A stretch of 64,000 nt of DNA from Candidatus Xenobia bacterium (GCA_045863235.1 BTUM01000003.1:1-64000), one strand, 5' to 3'; positions 54,630 through 64,000 are shown, numbered from the stretch's first letter. Program-made: numbers and translations. The notes: generated by a model not told the origin, from the letters alone.

Positions 54630-57440
54630 TTACGGACTGAATGGCAATTGTAGCACAGAACCCGAGCCCAGTTCTACGACCGTGGGGTCGGCACCCAGCG
54701 CGGACCAGAGCTCGAGCCGAACTTTGCCGTTCTGGAAGTCGGCCCAGGAGCCATTGGCGTAAGCCAGGCCCTGGGTATCGCGATAGGTCTCCCAACCGAC
54801 GCGATCGTCGTTGGGGAAATAGCGCCACATCTCCACCCGGTCCCAGGTCCCGTCGCCGATGAAGTCATAGGAAATGCGTGCCTGGACGGCGGTAGCGATC
54901 TTCTGACCGGCGTCCACCCGAAGTTGGAAGTGTGTCGTCTGCCCATTGTATCGACCCGAAAGAGACTCGCTGAGAATCACCGCTTGCTGGTAAGGCTGGC
55001 CGTCCCGGTTCTGGCCTGCGGCCGGCAAGCTCAAGACCGACTGAGCGGGAGCCGTGGCCTGCAAGCCCTGGCCCACGAACAGATTGAAGGTCGAGGACGG
55101 AGTCGGGGTGGGGGTTGGGGTTGGGGTTGGGGTTGGCGTTGGGGTTGGGGTTGGCGCTGTGTCGGAGGACGTTTTGAAAGCGACCGAGCCGGCTGCGGCC
55201 ACCAGACTGACCCCGTCGGTGAAGTGGACCGTGATGGGTTGCGCGCCAGCGTTGTAAGCCATATAGCTCCGCTGCGTGCCCTTGACCAGAACGGCATAAC
55301 AGGGAGTGTCAGCCAGGACTCGTGGGTCCTGACCTCCCCAGGACGCCAGGTTGGCCAGCCAGTGGTAGGTGTGGGCAGCCGTCTCGCCCCCTTCGGGAGC
55401 AGGATTTGCGGCCAGATAGCGGTCCAGGCTCTTCTGTCCGTCGGCGAAAACCAGCGCCGACCAGAGGATATCCTGCCACACCGTCGCTGGCCCCTTGTTC
55501 TGCTGCACCATGTGGTCGTAGTTTCTCTTCATCACGCCCGGACGGCGGCCAAGATACAGCGAGCCACCGTTGAGAGGAAGGAAGTTGATGCCGTGAATCT
55601 CCTCCGGGTTGCCCGTCCACCAGGTGGCGTAGGCTCCTCCGGAGCCCCAGAGGATTCCCAAAACCGGGTGGGGGAAGTCGTCCGGAAAGACCTCCTGGTC
55701 GGCGTCAAACCAGTACTGCGCGATGGCTTCCGCCTCGGTGGTATAGAGGTAGATTCCGAGATCCCGCAGGGTCGGACGATTCATTTCGTTGCCCCAGAGG
55801 ATGACGGAAGTTGCAAACTGCATGGCTTCCGAGGACGATTCCTGATTGTTACCGGCCGCAAAGACCTGGGCCCCGGAGGCCCAACTGTGTCCGGCGTAAG
55901 GGTCGAAGTTTCGCAGGAAAGGGTAGCGGAGATTGGCTCGGTCCCCATTCCCGGCGGCGCTGATCAGCTCTTCCACATTCTCCTGATTGCGCGTGGCCCA
56001 GGCTTTGTCGTAGCGAGCCAGGGTAGCGGCCGCCATGATGTAGTAGCCAAAATGAAAGTGGTGGTCGTTGAGCTGCGTATCCGAGCCAAAACCCGGCGGT
56101 TGAGCCAGCAACGTGGTCCACTGGGAGTTGTAGAAGAACGCATTGGGGAGACGTCCGTCAAAGAAGTCGTCGAGTCGCTCGCGAATGCGCTGAAGGAACA
56201 GATCGCGAGCGGCGGGATGCTGCACCTGATCGGCAATGGGAACCAGCGCCGCCAGACGCGTCAGGTCTTTCCCGGCAAAATAGACGTCCTTATTGGGTAA
56301 CGGACCGCGCAGTTGCTCCTGGTATATGCGCTCCACCAGCGCGCGCAGCCTCGGGCCGTCAACCTTTCCCGTATCGGGCAGGTTGGGCAAGACCCCCGTG
56401 TACGGCATGTTGGTCGCAAACGAGCGAGCACATACCACCCTCATCTCCCCGCGGGGAGACTGATAGGTGTCGCCGGTGAAAGGACCCGGGCTGCGCCGCC
56501 ACTGATGCCGATAGAGGGCCATGATCGGCTTGCCGGCGGGTCCTTCCTTGACCTGGGTGTCGAGGGTGAAGGTGGTCCGGACCCTGTTGCCGGTCACGGT
56601 CCAGGCAACTCGGCTGCCGGTGACAAACGTAAAGGCGCTCAGACGGAAGCGCTCCAAGGTGGCCACACTGCTGTCAGGCAACAGGGCCACTGACAGGTAT
56701 TGCTTCCCGCTCAGGTTATTGGTGTAGACATTGCTGCCAAGTGTCCATCGTGTCCCGCTGGGAGCAAACAAGCCGTAGGAGTGGCCGTTCACCGTCAGGC
56801 CCAGGGTCCCGTTCTGGTCATAGAATACCTGGGTAGCGCCCGTGGTGTGGACCCGAGCGGTCGCTCCGGAGAGCTTGAAGTAAGCGAAAGGCAAGCCGTG
56901 GCCAATCGTGGCCTGCAGCGTCGGTCCCCAATCGGCGGTGACGGTCCAGTCCGAGTGGCCCGCCACCTTGACGTTCGGGGCTGTCAGGCCGAGCGAGCCC
57001 ACCCGCAGCTCTTCGCGGAACGGATGGAAGTAGTTCACTCCATCGGAGGTGACCTGCGCCTGCGAAGGGTAACTGAGTGCCAGTCCGTCAGAGAAGGCTT
57101 TGAAAGCCAGGGGATGGGCGTAGAGGTATTCTCCGAACTGGTTGCCCGGATAATAGGGCCACAGCAGCGAGGTCCACCAATCATTGGTGGGGATCGGTCC
57201 CTGAAAACCGGGGGTGACCCTCGGGGCCACCGGGTTGCCATTGAAGTCGACGGGACCAGTCGTGTTGGGTGGCGCATCGACGAACCTCGCCATCAAGTCG
57301 TTCTTGGCGCCAGGTTGGGGAGCTCCCCCCGGATTGACATCGGCGGTGGCGGGGTTGCCATCAGGCTCTGCGCCCTGGAAATCCTGTCCGGCGCACCCCA
57401 TCAGAAATAACAGCCCAACGAGTACTAGTAGCTTCATCAA
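54630..57440 (-). CDS. GH81 endo-1,3-beta-glucanase lipoprotein with PT linker and C-terminal domain
   Basis: PTNDWW, LNDHHFHFGY, GHSWASG, NQESSSEA; LMGC lipobox. Confidence 0.9.
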   Translation of the reverse strand: MMKLLVLVGLLFLMGCAGQDFQGAEPDGNPATADVNPGGAPQPGAKNDLMARFVDAPPNTTGPVDFNGNPVAPRVTPGFQGPIPTNDWWTSLLWPYYPGNQFGEYLYAHPLAFKAFSDGLALSYPSQAQVTSDGVNYFHPFREELRVGSLGLTAPNVKVAGHSDWTVTADWGPTLQATIGHGLPFAYFKLSGATARVHTTGATQVFYDQNGTLGLTVNGHSYGLFAPSGTRWTLGSNVYTNNLSGKQYLSVALLPDSSVATLERFRLSAFTFVTGSRVAWTVTGNRVRTTFTLDTQVKEGPAGKPIMALYRHQWRRSPGPFTGDTYQSPRGEMRVVCARSFATNMPYTGVLPNLPDTGKVDGPRLRALVERIYQEQLRGPLPNKDVYFAGKDLTRLAALVPIADQVQHPAARDLFLQRIRERLDDFFDGRLPNAFFYNSQWTTLLAQPPGFGSDTQLNDHHFHFGYYIMAAATLARYDKAWATRNQENVEELISAAGNGDRANLRYPFLRNFDPYAGHSWASGAQVFAAGNNQESSSEAMQFATSVILWGNEMNRPTLRDLGIYLYTTEAEAIAQYWFDADQEVFPDDFPHPVLGILWGSGGAYATWWTGNPEEIHGINFLPLNGGSLYLGRRPGVMKRNYDHMVQQNKGPATVWQDILWSALVFADGQKSLDRYLAANPAPEGGETAAHTYHWLANLASWGGQDPRVLADTPCYAVLVKGTQRSYMAYNAGAQPITVHFTDGVSLVAAAGSVAFKTSSDTAPTPTPTPTPTPTPTPTPTPSSTFNLFVGQGLQATAPAQSVLSLPAAGQNRDGQPYQQAVILSESLSGRYNGQTTHFQLRVDAGQKIATAVQARISYDFIGDGTWDRVEMWRYFPNDDRVGWETYRDTQGLAYANGSWADFQNGKVRLELWSALGADPTVVELGSGSVLQLPFSP
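55098..55155 (-). repeat. (Pro-Thr)n linker repeat
   Basis: ggggtt tandem units. Confidence 0.85.
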
Positions 57441-57624
57441 AGGCTCGTCCTCTTCTCTCTGTATTCAGAGGACAGGAACCCGCTCGATTCTCCTGACCAT
57501 GTTGGCGAGACTGGACTCGAGGCAGAATTGGTTCCGTGGACCTGGAAAAATTGCTGTCACACGAATCTAACTAGCCACGGCTGGTTTTCAACCCGACCGG
57601 CTCCAAGTCCTGTGGAAAGAAGCT

Positions 57625-57659
57625 GCAAAACCTCGCGCGCGCTGGGCCAGATCGACGCC
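57625..57659 (+). repeat. 35-bp exact copy of 59050-59084
   Basis: gcaaaacctcgcgcgcgctgggccagatcgacgcc present twice. Confidence 0.9.
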
Positions 57660-57771
57660 CACGCATTCGCCCGCCGCCGACTGGCCGCCGGCATGGCCAG
57701 CGCCGGAGCGAGGCTGTTTGGCAGCTTCCAGGAGGCCCTGGGTCAGTTGAGGTAAACCTGACCTCGTCGGG
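57659..57771 (+). repeat. Right copy of the 113-bp direct repeat
   Basis: Matches 45434-45546. Confidence 0.9.
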
Positions 57772-57804
57772 AACGAGCCCGGCACGAATCAACGCTCGGG
57801 AAGC

Positions 57805-58060
57805 TTAACGCTGGAGAAGCGTCCAGTAGTTCTTTGTGCGGGTGCTCAACACGCTGAGATCCGGCATTCCATCCTCGTTGAGAATCCTCGAAAGCGATAG
57901 GGCCGACCGGAAACTCGGCCGTGTAGAGGTGTTGGCCGGCTGTGAAAGCGCCCGTGCCATCACCTCGGAGCACGGTGATCCCGTGATCCCGTACTGGCCC
58001 AACAACAAGAGGTCCTCTTTACCGTCGTGGTTGACGTCAGCCTGTGACGAGTCCAGGACC
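57805..58060 (-). pseudogene. Frameshifted FG-GAP/VCBS repeat gene fragment
   Basis: ADVNHDGKEDLL, RGDGTGAF and LNEDGMPDL lie in different frames. Confidence 0.65.
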
Positions 58061-58205
58061 AGACTCTCATCACATGGGAAGCTTTCAGGTGCGTTGCCTG
58101 GTGACTACTCCCGACGGACGCAAAGCCGAGCGAGAGCAGAACTATCCGCCCACGCAAGAGCTCTGAGCCGCAGGTCGACCGGCAGCCCAACCCGAAACAA
58201 ACCGG

Positions 58206-59471
58206 GTGATCCAACCCGATCGACGACATCTCGACGAGATGGCCCGAGTCTTCCCGCACGGCCTGCCATCGCCCGACCGGGCGGTCACTCCCGACGGAGC
58301 GCACACCGCCCACGTCGACGGTCCGAGGGTCTTCCTGGACGGGACCGAGATTTATGACGGCACGCGCGACGTTGATCCGGAGCGCGGCTTCTTCCCCTGC
58401 CCTAAAGTGGTGCCGGCCGTGGCCATCGCCAGCTCGGGCAAGGCGGTGTTGTTCCAGATACCCACTCCCATGGTGGTCGGGGGGGTGCCCATCAGCCTGG
58501 TGATGCGGGCCGAGTTGCAGCGGGGCTGGTTCGGCGGGCAGAAGGTCGAGGTATCGCCCATGGTCGAGCTCCCGGCCCAGGCTCAGGCGATGCAACTGCG
58601 CTCGGACGGCACCTTTGCTTATGCCCAGGGCGGCCAGATCTTCGAGAACCCTTCGGGCCAGGCCAGCGACTGGCAGGAGCGGGCCAGTTTTGGTCAGGAA
58701 GCGGTGCTGGGGTTCGACTACCTCCACGACGGCTCGCTGGCGGTCTGCACGGCAGCCGAGAACCGCGAGCTGCCGCGCTACTGGTTCGTTCCCGATGGGC
58801 AGACCCGGGGAGTGGAGGTGCCCCTGGAGCAGTTCGCCCCTCAGGGTCGTGAGCATTTCGACTGGCTGCGGCTGCGCTGGACCGGGATCGCTTTCGAGCA
58901 GATGGGGCAGTTCAAGCAACAAAATCCGGCTCTGTTCGATTCCGAAGGGATCCTTCGCCCCCACGCCGCCACCATCTCCCCCTCCGGCCGTCAGGCCCTG
59001 ATGGTCACCCTGGGCCAGGCGGGCCAGGCGCTCTTGTACGATGGCGCCAGCAAAACCTCGCGCGCGCTGGGCCAGATCGACGCCAATAAACTGGACCGGG
59101 CCTTCTGGGATGTCGACCGGCACCGGGCAGCCGTGCTGGTGGGAGAGGACCTGCACGTCTTCGATCTGGCCGGCCAGGACAGCATCGTGTTGCCCGGGCT
59201 GAGAGACGTCGGTTACGACAAGCGCGACGGTTCTTTGACCTTCCTGGCCCCGGGCCAGAGCGAGCCCATTCGGGTGGGAATTCACCAGGCCCACACGCAG
59301 CGCGAGGCGTCCTGGTGGAAGCCGGCCCACGACCAGTACCGCGAGCGACTGCAGGCGCACGTGCTGGGAGCGCAGCCCGAGAAAGCCGCCACCGGAATTC
59401 AAGAACAGGCGAGCAGCGTCTCTTTCGGGGGCACTCGCCTCAAACGGCGCGCCGCCTCCCCGGCAGGGTAG
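58206..59471 (+). CDS. Hypothetical protein (possible beta-propeller)
   Basis: 421-aa ORF; TPDG/SPSG/SDG-type repeats; start uncertain. Confidence 0.65.
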   Translation: MIQPDRRHLDEMARVFPHGLPSPDRAVTPDGAHTAHVDGPRVFLDGTEIYDGTRDVDPERGFFPCPKVVPAVAIASSGKAVLFQIPTPMVVGGVPISLVMRAELQRGWFGGQKVEVSPMVELPAQAQAMQLRSDGTFAYAQGGQIFENPSGQASDWQERASFGQEAVLGFDYLHDGSLAVCTAAENRELPRYWFVPDGQTRGVEVPLEQFAPQGREHFDWLRLRWTGIAFEQMGQFKQQNPALFDSEGILRPHAATISPSGRQALMVTLGQAGQALLYDGASKTSRALGQIDANKLDRAFWDVDRHRAAVLVGEDLHVFDLAGQDSIVLPGLRDVGYDKRDGSLTFLAPGQSEPIRVGIHQAHTQREASWWKPAHDQYRERLQAHVLGAQPEKAATGIQEQASSVSFGGTRLKRRAASPAG

Positions 59472-59527
59472 GACCAGAGGCCCGCTCCCCGAAGGGGCCC
59501 AGACAACTCTCGAGGAGGACCTGGCCC

Positions 59528-60136
59528 ATGAAGCTCTACACGAACCCCCGCTCGCGCGGCGTGCGCGTCCACTGGACCCTGGAGGAGCTGGGCGTGCCCT
59601 ACGAGCTGAAGGTCGTGGACATGGCCAGCGGCGAGCACAAGGGAGAGGCCTACCTGAAGATCCACCCCCTGGGCCAGGTGCCCGCTTTCGAGGAGGATGA
59701 CGGCCGCACCATGATCGAGTCGGGCGCCATCTGCGTCTACCTGGCCGACAAGTATCCCGAGAAGGGCCTTGGTCCAGGCAACCAGCCGGCCGAGTATTTC
59801 CAGTGGTGCTTCTACTGCTTTGGCTCGCTGGAGCCGCCCCTCATGGAGACGCTCATGCACACCCAGTGGCTGCCCGAGGACCAGCGCTCGGCTCCGGCGG
59901 CCGAGCGCTCGCAGGCCGCCCTCAAGAAGGTGCTGACCCACCTCGACACCCACCTGCACGGGCGCGAGTTCATGCTCGGCCAGCGCTTCAGCGTGGCCGA
60001 CATCCTGATCGGAGGCACCCTGCAGTGGGCCTCGCAGATGCTGCCGATGGGCGACTATCCGCACCTGCTCGCCTATATCAAGCGGCTCAACGGACGACCG
60101 GCGGTGCAGGCCGTCCACGCGGCCGCGGCCGTCTGA
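59528..60136 (+). CDS. Glutathione S-transferase family protein
   Basis: HPLGQVP, ESGAI.YL, FSVADI; GAGGAGG RBS. Confidence 0.93.
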   Translation: MKLYTNPRSRGVRVHWTLEELGVPYELKVVDMASGEHKGEAYLKIHPLGQVPAFEEDDGRTMIESGAICVYLADKYPEKGLGPGNQPAEYFQWCFYCFGSLEPPLMETLMHTQWLPEDQRSAPAAERSQAALKKVLTHLDTHLHGREFMLGQRFSVADILIGGTLQWASQMLPMGDYPHLLAYIKRLNGRPAVQAVHAAAAV

Positions 60137-60142
60137 CCTCTG

Positions 60143-60901
60143 GTGGGGGTTCTGTCGGAGGATACCAGCCCCGCGGCCGAGCAAGTTCTCATCCGGCTGT
60201 TGAGAGGCCGCACGGCCTGCGAGCGATTGCATCAGCTCCAGCAGAGCATCCGAGCCGGTCGTCAGCTGCAACAGATGGGCCTCAGGATGCGCCACCCTGA
60301 ATGGTCTCAGGAGCGCATCGAAGCGGAATCGGGAGGCAAGGACTGGATGCAAGCTGACCCTGTCCGTTTGCTGGTTCAGGTAGCCGACATCCTCGCCCGG
60401 TCAGGCATCGACTACTTTGCGACCGGCTCCATCGGCTCTACCCTGTATGGCGAGCCCCGCTATACTCAGGACATCGACCTGGTGGTCTCGCTGAAGCCAG
60501 AGCAGGCGGAAGCTCTCTTCCACCTGGTCGAAAAGGAGTTCTACGCCGACCTGGGCGCCATGCAAGAAGCGATCGCCCACGCGAGCAGCTTCAACTGGAT
60601 CCATCTGGCCACCAACTTCAAGGTCGACCTGCACGTGTCCCGAGGAGACGAGTTCGACCGCTCGCGGTTCGCTCGCTCGCGCGAAGCGGAGGGTTTCCTG
60701 GTAGCCTCGCCCGAGGACGTGCTGCTGGCCAAGCTGCGGTGGTACCGGCTGGGCGGTGAGGTCTCCGACCGCCAGTGGCGCGACATTCTGGGCATCATCC
60801 TGGTCCAGGCCGAGCGCCTCGATCCGGCTTACCTCGAGCACTGGGCCGCCAAGCTGGGGGTGTTGGACCTGCTCGAGCGGGCCCGGCAGCAAGCTGCCTG
60901 A
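60143..60901 (+). CDS. Nucleotidyltransferase-like protein with in-frame small helical N-terminal module
   Basis: TGSIGS..YGEPRYTQDID, SPEDVLLAKL, RQWRD; internal GGAGG + ATG at 60347. Confidence 0.7.
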   Translation: MGVLSEDTSPAAEQVLIRLLRGRTACERLHQLQQSIRAGRQLQQMGLRMRHPEWSQERIEAESGGKDWMQADPVRLLVQVADILARSGIDYFATGSIGSTLYGEPRYTQDIDLVVSLKPEQAEALFHLVEKEFYADLGAMQEAIAHASSFNWIHLATNFKVDLHVSRGDEFDRSRFARSREAEGFLVASPEDVLLAKLRWYRLGGEVSDRQWRDILGIILVQAERLDPAYLEHWAAKLGVLDLLERARQQAA

Positions 60902-60904
60902 GCG

Positions 60905-61564
60905 TCAGGGCCGAGGGTGCAGGATCAACAGCTCATCGGGCAACTCGTTGACATCGCCTTCCTGGTAGGGCAGGCGCTCTGACAGGAGCTCCGCGGCAGC
61001 TTCGATGGGGGCGATCAGCGCCTGCAGCCGCTGACCCTGGCGCAGCTGTTCCAGGGCCAGATCGCGCAGGCTCTTGAGCTCGTCCTCGGTCAGGGCGGCC
61101 CCCCCGTCGGCCAGCACCACCACCCGGCGCTCGAAGAGACTCAGGTAGATCAGCACCCCGCCGCCTTTGCGCGTGGAGCCGAGCCGGCGCTCAGCGAAGA
61201 CGTGCGAGGCGGCCCGGGCTGTCTCTTCGAGCATCTCGCGCGGGCCAACCAGGGGGGCGCGCAACCCCGGCACATACGTGCCCAGCAGGTTGCCAAGGAG
61301 GTAGCCCAGCACCACCCCGGCTCCCTGGTAGGCCAGCGGCACCGCCACCGGCTCCCAGGAGTCGCTTTGAAAGAAGAGTTGCAGCAAGCTCAGGGCCAAA
61401 AGAGAGCCGGCCAGGCCCAGGATGCCTTCGGCGCGGTCGTAGCGCCCAGACTCGCTGGCCACGGCGCAGACGATCTCGGCCGAGGTGCGCTTTTCGGCGG
61501 CGGCGATGGCCTGGCTGACCTGTCCGGTCTGAGCCGGGTCGAGGAAGGTGCGCGCGTTCACCAA
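60905..61564 (-). CDS. TPM domain membrane protein
   Basis: AIAAAEKRTSAEI, GVLIYLSLFERRVVVLAD, DVNELPD. Confidence 0.85.
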   Translation of the reverse strand: MVNARTFLDPAQTGQVSQAIAAAEKRTSAEIVCAVASESGRYDRAEGILGLAGSLLALSLLQLFFQSDSWEPVAVPLAYQGAGVVLGYLLGNLLGTYVPGLRAPLVGPREMLEETARAASHVFAERRLGSTRKGGGVLIYLSLFERRVVVLADGGAALTEDELKSLRDLALEQLRQGQRLQALIAPIEAAAELLSERLPYQEGDVNELPDELLILHPRP

Positions 61565-62418
61565 CTGCCGGTCGCTCCTCCGCCGCCACCGCTACTTCCC
61601 CACGAGCTGCCGCCCCAGGAGCTGCCGCCCGAGGAGGACGACAGGGTGATCCCGCGACTCCAATAGGGTCTCCTGCGGTTCTGCGGGGTCAGGAACGCAA
61701 ACACGATGACCAGGGCGACATACAAGACGACCGTGCAGAGCGCCACCACGATCACGAAGACTCCCAGCGCGCTGAACAGCAGACGCGTGCTGGCAGACTG
61801 AGAGAAGACGAAGCCTCCCGCCATCAGGGCAACACCCAACCCTACCAGCAAGATGGCATAAGGTCGAGGGATGTCGCTCATCGAGAAGATGGAGTTGGTT
61901 CGCTCGGTCAGCTCCTCCTGCCAGGGTCTTCCGGGGGGCGAGGCTCCCGGGCCTGCCTGCTGCATCTCGACCAACCGGTCAGTGCCCTGCCAGATTCCCT
62001 GGTCATAGGCGGAAGCTTTGAAGCTGGGCACGATGTCGTTCTCCATCACCCGCCGGCAGTGGCCGTCCCAGCGCTTGGGCCAGTTGCTGCCCAGTTGGAT
62101 GCGGCACTTGCGGTCGCCCACCGCCACCAGGAAGAGCACGTCCTGCGAGGCCAGATGCCAGCGCCGAAACCAGTCGGCGGCCAGGCTTTCCACGCTGCTG
62201 CTGCCGTAGGGCGCCATGCTGGCGATGGTGACGACCACCACCTCGCGATTCGTCTCCTGGTAGAGCTTCTGCAGCTTCGAATTGAGCTCTTTCTGGCGCG
62301 CGTCATCAAGCAGATTGGCGTAGTCGAAGACGGACACGTTGGGGGCCCGTAGCGGGAACTCGGCCAGAGCCCAGACGCCCACGCAGAGCGCCAGGGCCAA
62401 CAGCAGGCGCCGACTCAT
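61558..62418 (-). CDS. TPM domain protein (YgcG-like)
   Basis: VFDYANLL, VVVTI, VLFLVAVGDR; Gly-rich GGGGATGSW tail. Confidence 0.88.
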   Translation of the reverse strand: MSRRLLLALALCVGVWALAEFPLRAPNVSVFDYANLLDDARQKELNSKLQKLYQETNREVVVVTIASMAPYGSSSVESLAADWFRRWHLASQDVLFLVAVGDRKCRIQLGSNWPKRWDGHCRRVMENDIVPSFKASAYDQGIWQGTDRLVEMQQAGPGASPPGRPWQEELTERTNSIFSMSDIPRPYAILLVGLGVALMAGGFVFSQSASTRLLFSALGVFVIVVALCTVVLYVALVIVFAFLTPQNRRRPYWSRGITLSSSSGGSSWGGSSWGSSGGGGGATGSW

Positions 62419-63476
62419 GCGCCGCGCTTCTTGATGCGCACGCCGCCCACGTTGAGCTGCCCGCCTTGCTCCTGGATTCCGGCGCTCTGGGCAGCCGATG
62501 GCTGGACGCGAACGATCTCTTCGTTGGCCGGGCGTTCATAGCGCTCGAGGGTCTCGGCGCCGGGCTGGCCACCCTGCAACTCGTCGGGTCTGAGCAGCAG
62601 GGGGATCTCCTCTCGCCCGCCGAGTCGGTCGCGGGCGTGCTCGCTCACGGAGTTGGGATCAAGCTCGGGCACTTGAGAGCGGTCCACGTGCAAGACGCCG
62701 TTCTCGTCAAGCCGGGCCGGCACGCGCACGTGTTCGAGCGTGCCCCGGGGCCAGGACTGACCCTTCTTGATGGGCGGGCGGTTCATGCGAAACTCGAACC
62801 CGAAGGCCTGGCCGTCCGGGGTGATCACGTAGGTATTGGCCACGTAGGCAAAGGGAAGCAGCGACTTCATGGCCTTGAGCTCGTCGGGAAGCACTCTCTC
62901 GTCGCTGCCGTTGAGGGAGGCACCGTGGCTCTTATCCACCAGAAAGATGGTTCCGTTGGGAGCGATTTCCTGGACCACCCCGGCCGAGGACCACTGGCTC
63001 AGAACCAGGCTGGAGTCCGCGTTGTAGGGGAGACGCTCGATGTGGGTCTCCTCGTAGCGCCGCGACGACCCGTCCGGCCTTTGAATCTCCAGGGCGCGCT
63101 CGGTCGAATGCTCCACCACCGATACGCCCGAGGTCAGGTCCACCCTCTGCTCGAGTTGCTCGTGCTTGGGCCGCAGGGCCTTCTCCACGACTTTGGCCTG
63201 CTCCTCGACGGTAAAGTTCTGGGGACCCTGAACCTCGGCAAAGAGGGCCTCGGGACCGGTCAGCGCGGTGGTGCGATGGGTGGACTCGGTGCCGTAGAAC
63301 AGCCCGGTCTCATGGACCTGACGGTGGTGCCGATCAACCACCGTGCGCTGGTCGCTGGTGGAGCGCAGTTCCTCGGAGGCCTGGTGAATCTGCTCGCGGC
63401 GCGCCTCCTCCTGCTCGAGCTTGCGCCGCTCCTCGAAGGTCAATTGGCGTGTCGGTCGCGGCCCCCGGATATTCAT
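62415..63476 (-). CDS. Hypothetical protein
   Basis: About 353-aa ORF coupled to the TPM gene; start uncertain. Confidence 0.6.
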   Translation of the reverse strand: MNIRGPRPTRQLTFEERRKLEQEEARREQIHQASEELRSTSDQRTVVDRHHRQVHETGLFYGTESTHRTTALTGPEALFAEVQGPQNFTVEEQAKVVEKALRPKHEQLEQRVDLTSGVSVVEHSTERALEIQRPDGSSRRYEETHIERLPYNADSSLVLSQWSSAGVVQEIAPNGTIFLVDKSHGASLNGSDERVLPDELKAMKSLLPFAYVANTYVITPDGQAFGFEFRMNRPPIKKGQSWPRGTLEHVRVPARLDENGVLHVDRSQVPELDPNSVSEHARDRLGGREEIPLLLRPDELQGGQPGAETLERYERPANEEIVRVQPSAAQSAGIQEQGGQLNVGGVRIKKRGA

Positions 63477-63568
63477 CGCTAAATGATTCCACGCCGGAGA
63501 GCCGCCAGCCTGCTCAGATCCCCCATCTGTCCTATTGCTCCGCCCCACCAGGTTGAAGTACATTCCGC

Positions 63569-63586
63569 TGAGTGAACGTTCAGTCA
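63569..63586. promoter_or_regulatory. Probable TetR autoregulatory operator
   Basis: TGAGTGAACGTTCAGTCA near-palindrome over the GTG start; TTGCTC-N18-TACATT upstream. Confidence 0.55.
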
Positions 63587-64000
63587 ACCAGAGCCGAGCG
63601 AGCCGAAGAACGCAAGGTCCAGCTGATCCAGCTGGCCATGACCCTGTTTGCCGAGGAGGGCTGGGCGGGCACGAGCATGCGCAAGCTGGCCCAGAGGGCC
63701 AGGGTGTCGCAGGGGCTGATCTACCACTACTTCAGCTCCAAGGAGGAGCTGCTCTTGCAGGTGGCCGACCACTACAGCCTGGCCCCCGTCCTGGGCAGCA
63801 TCGTTCAGGCTCAGGAGGGCAGACCGGTCCGCGAGGGCCTGTTGACCATCTGCCGCGAGCTCTACGCCCACCTTTGCGAGCGGCGCGACATCTACTGGAT
63901 CTTGTTCCGCGAAACCAACAACCATCCCGAGCTGTGCGCCCGGCTCGAAGGCACGCGCTGTGATTTCATCGAGCACCTGAAGGCTTACTTGCAGACCGGG
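63572..64000 (+). CDS. TetR/AcrR family regulator (runs off the window)
   Basis: AMTLFAEEGWAGTSMRKLAQRARVSQGLIYHYFSSKEELL HTH. Confidence 0.9.
   Translation, partial: MNVQSTRAERAEERKVQLIQLAMTLFAEEGWAGTSMRKLAQRARVSQGLIYHYFSSKEELLLQVADHYSLAPVLGSIVQAQEGRPVREGLLTICRELYAHLCERRDIYWILFRETNNHPELCARLEGTRCDFIEHLKAYLQTG

Larger units (their letters stand above)
45547..57658. mobile_element. Putative genomic island bounded by direct repeats; no integrase seen
   Basis: Flanking 113-bp repeats, vapBC at the left end, accessory cargo. Confidence 0.5.

Overview
GC-rich bacterial chromosomal window with about 55 supportable CDSs and no rRNA, tRNA, CRISPR array or integrase. Gene style tentatively suggests an Eremiobacterota/Vulcanimicrobiota-like organism (inference only). 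Housekeeping and envelope genes include an Amidase_3, Mog, MurI, an acyl-CoA ligase, a CoA-transferase, GST, DppA, TPM-domain proteins and a PilC/pseudopilin cluster. Accessory loci are interleaved. The best candidate for an undescribed system is a four-gene minus-strand operon (30807-34937): a small precursor-like protein with a W/H/Y-rich C-terminal tail, a stem-loop, an ABC exporter without a peptidase domain, a receiver-like/GAF protein and a signal-less S8 protease. Other items: an MNIO (DUF692)/DUF2063 pair with no visible precursor; a one-synthetase NIS siderophore operon with a DtxR-like box; a zinc-ribbon protein fused to a degenerate IleRS-like region; two fused toxin-antitoxin-like genes; a ~12.2 kb island bounded by 113-bp direct repeats that carries vapBC, GH81 and a phosphoesterase-GH16 fusion; and a C-terminal motif shared by two orphan proteins. 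All product calls come from motif recognition by eye; no database search was run.
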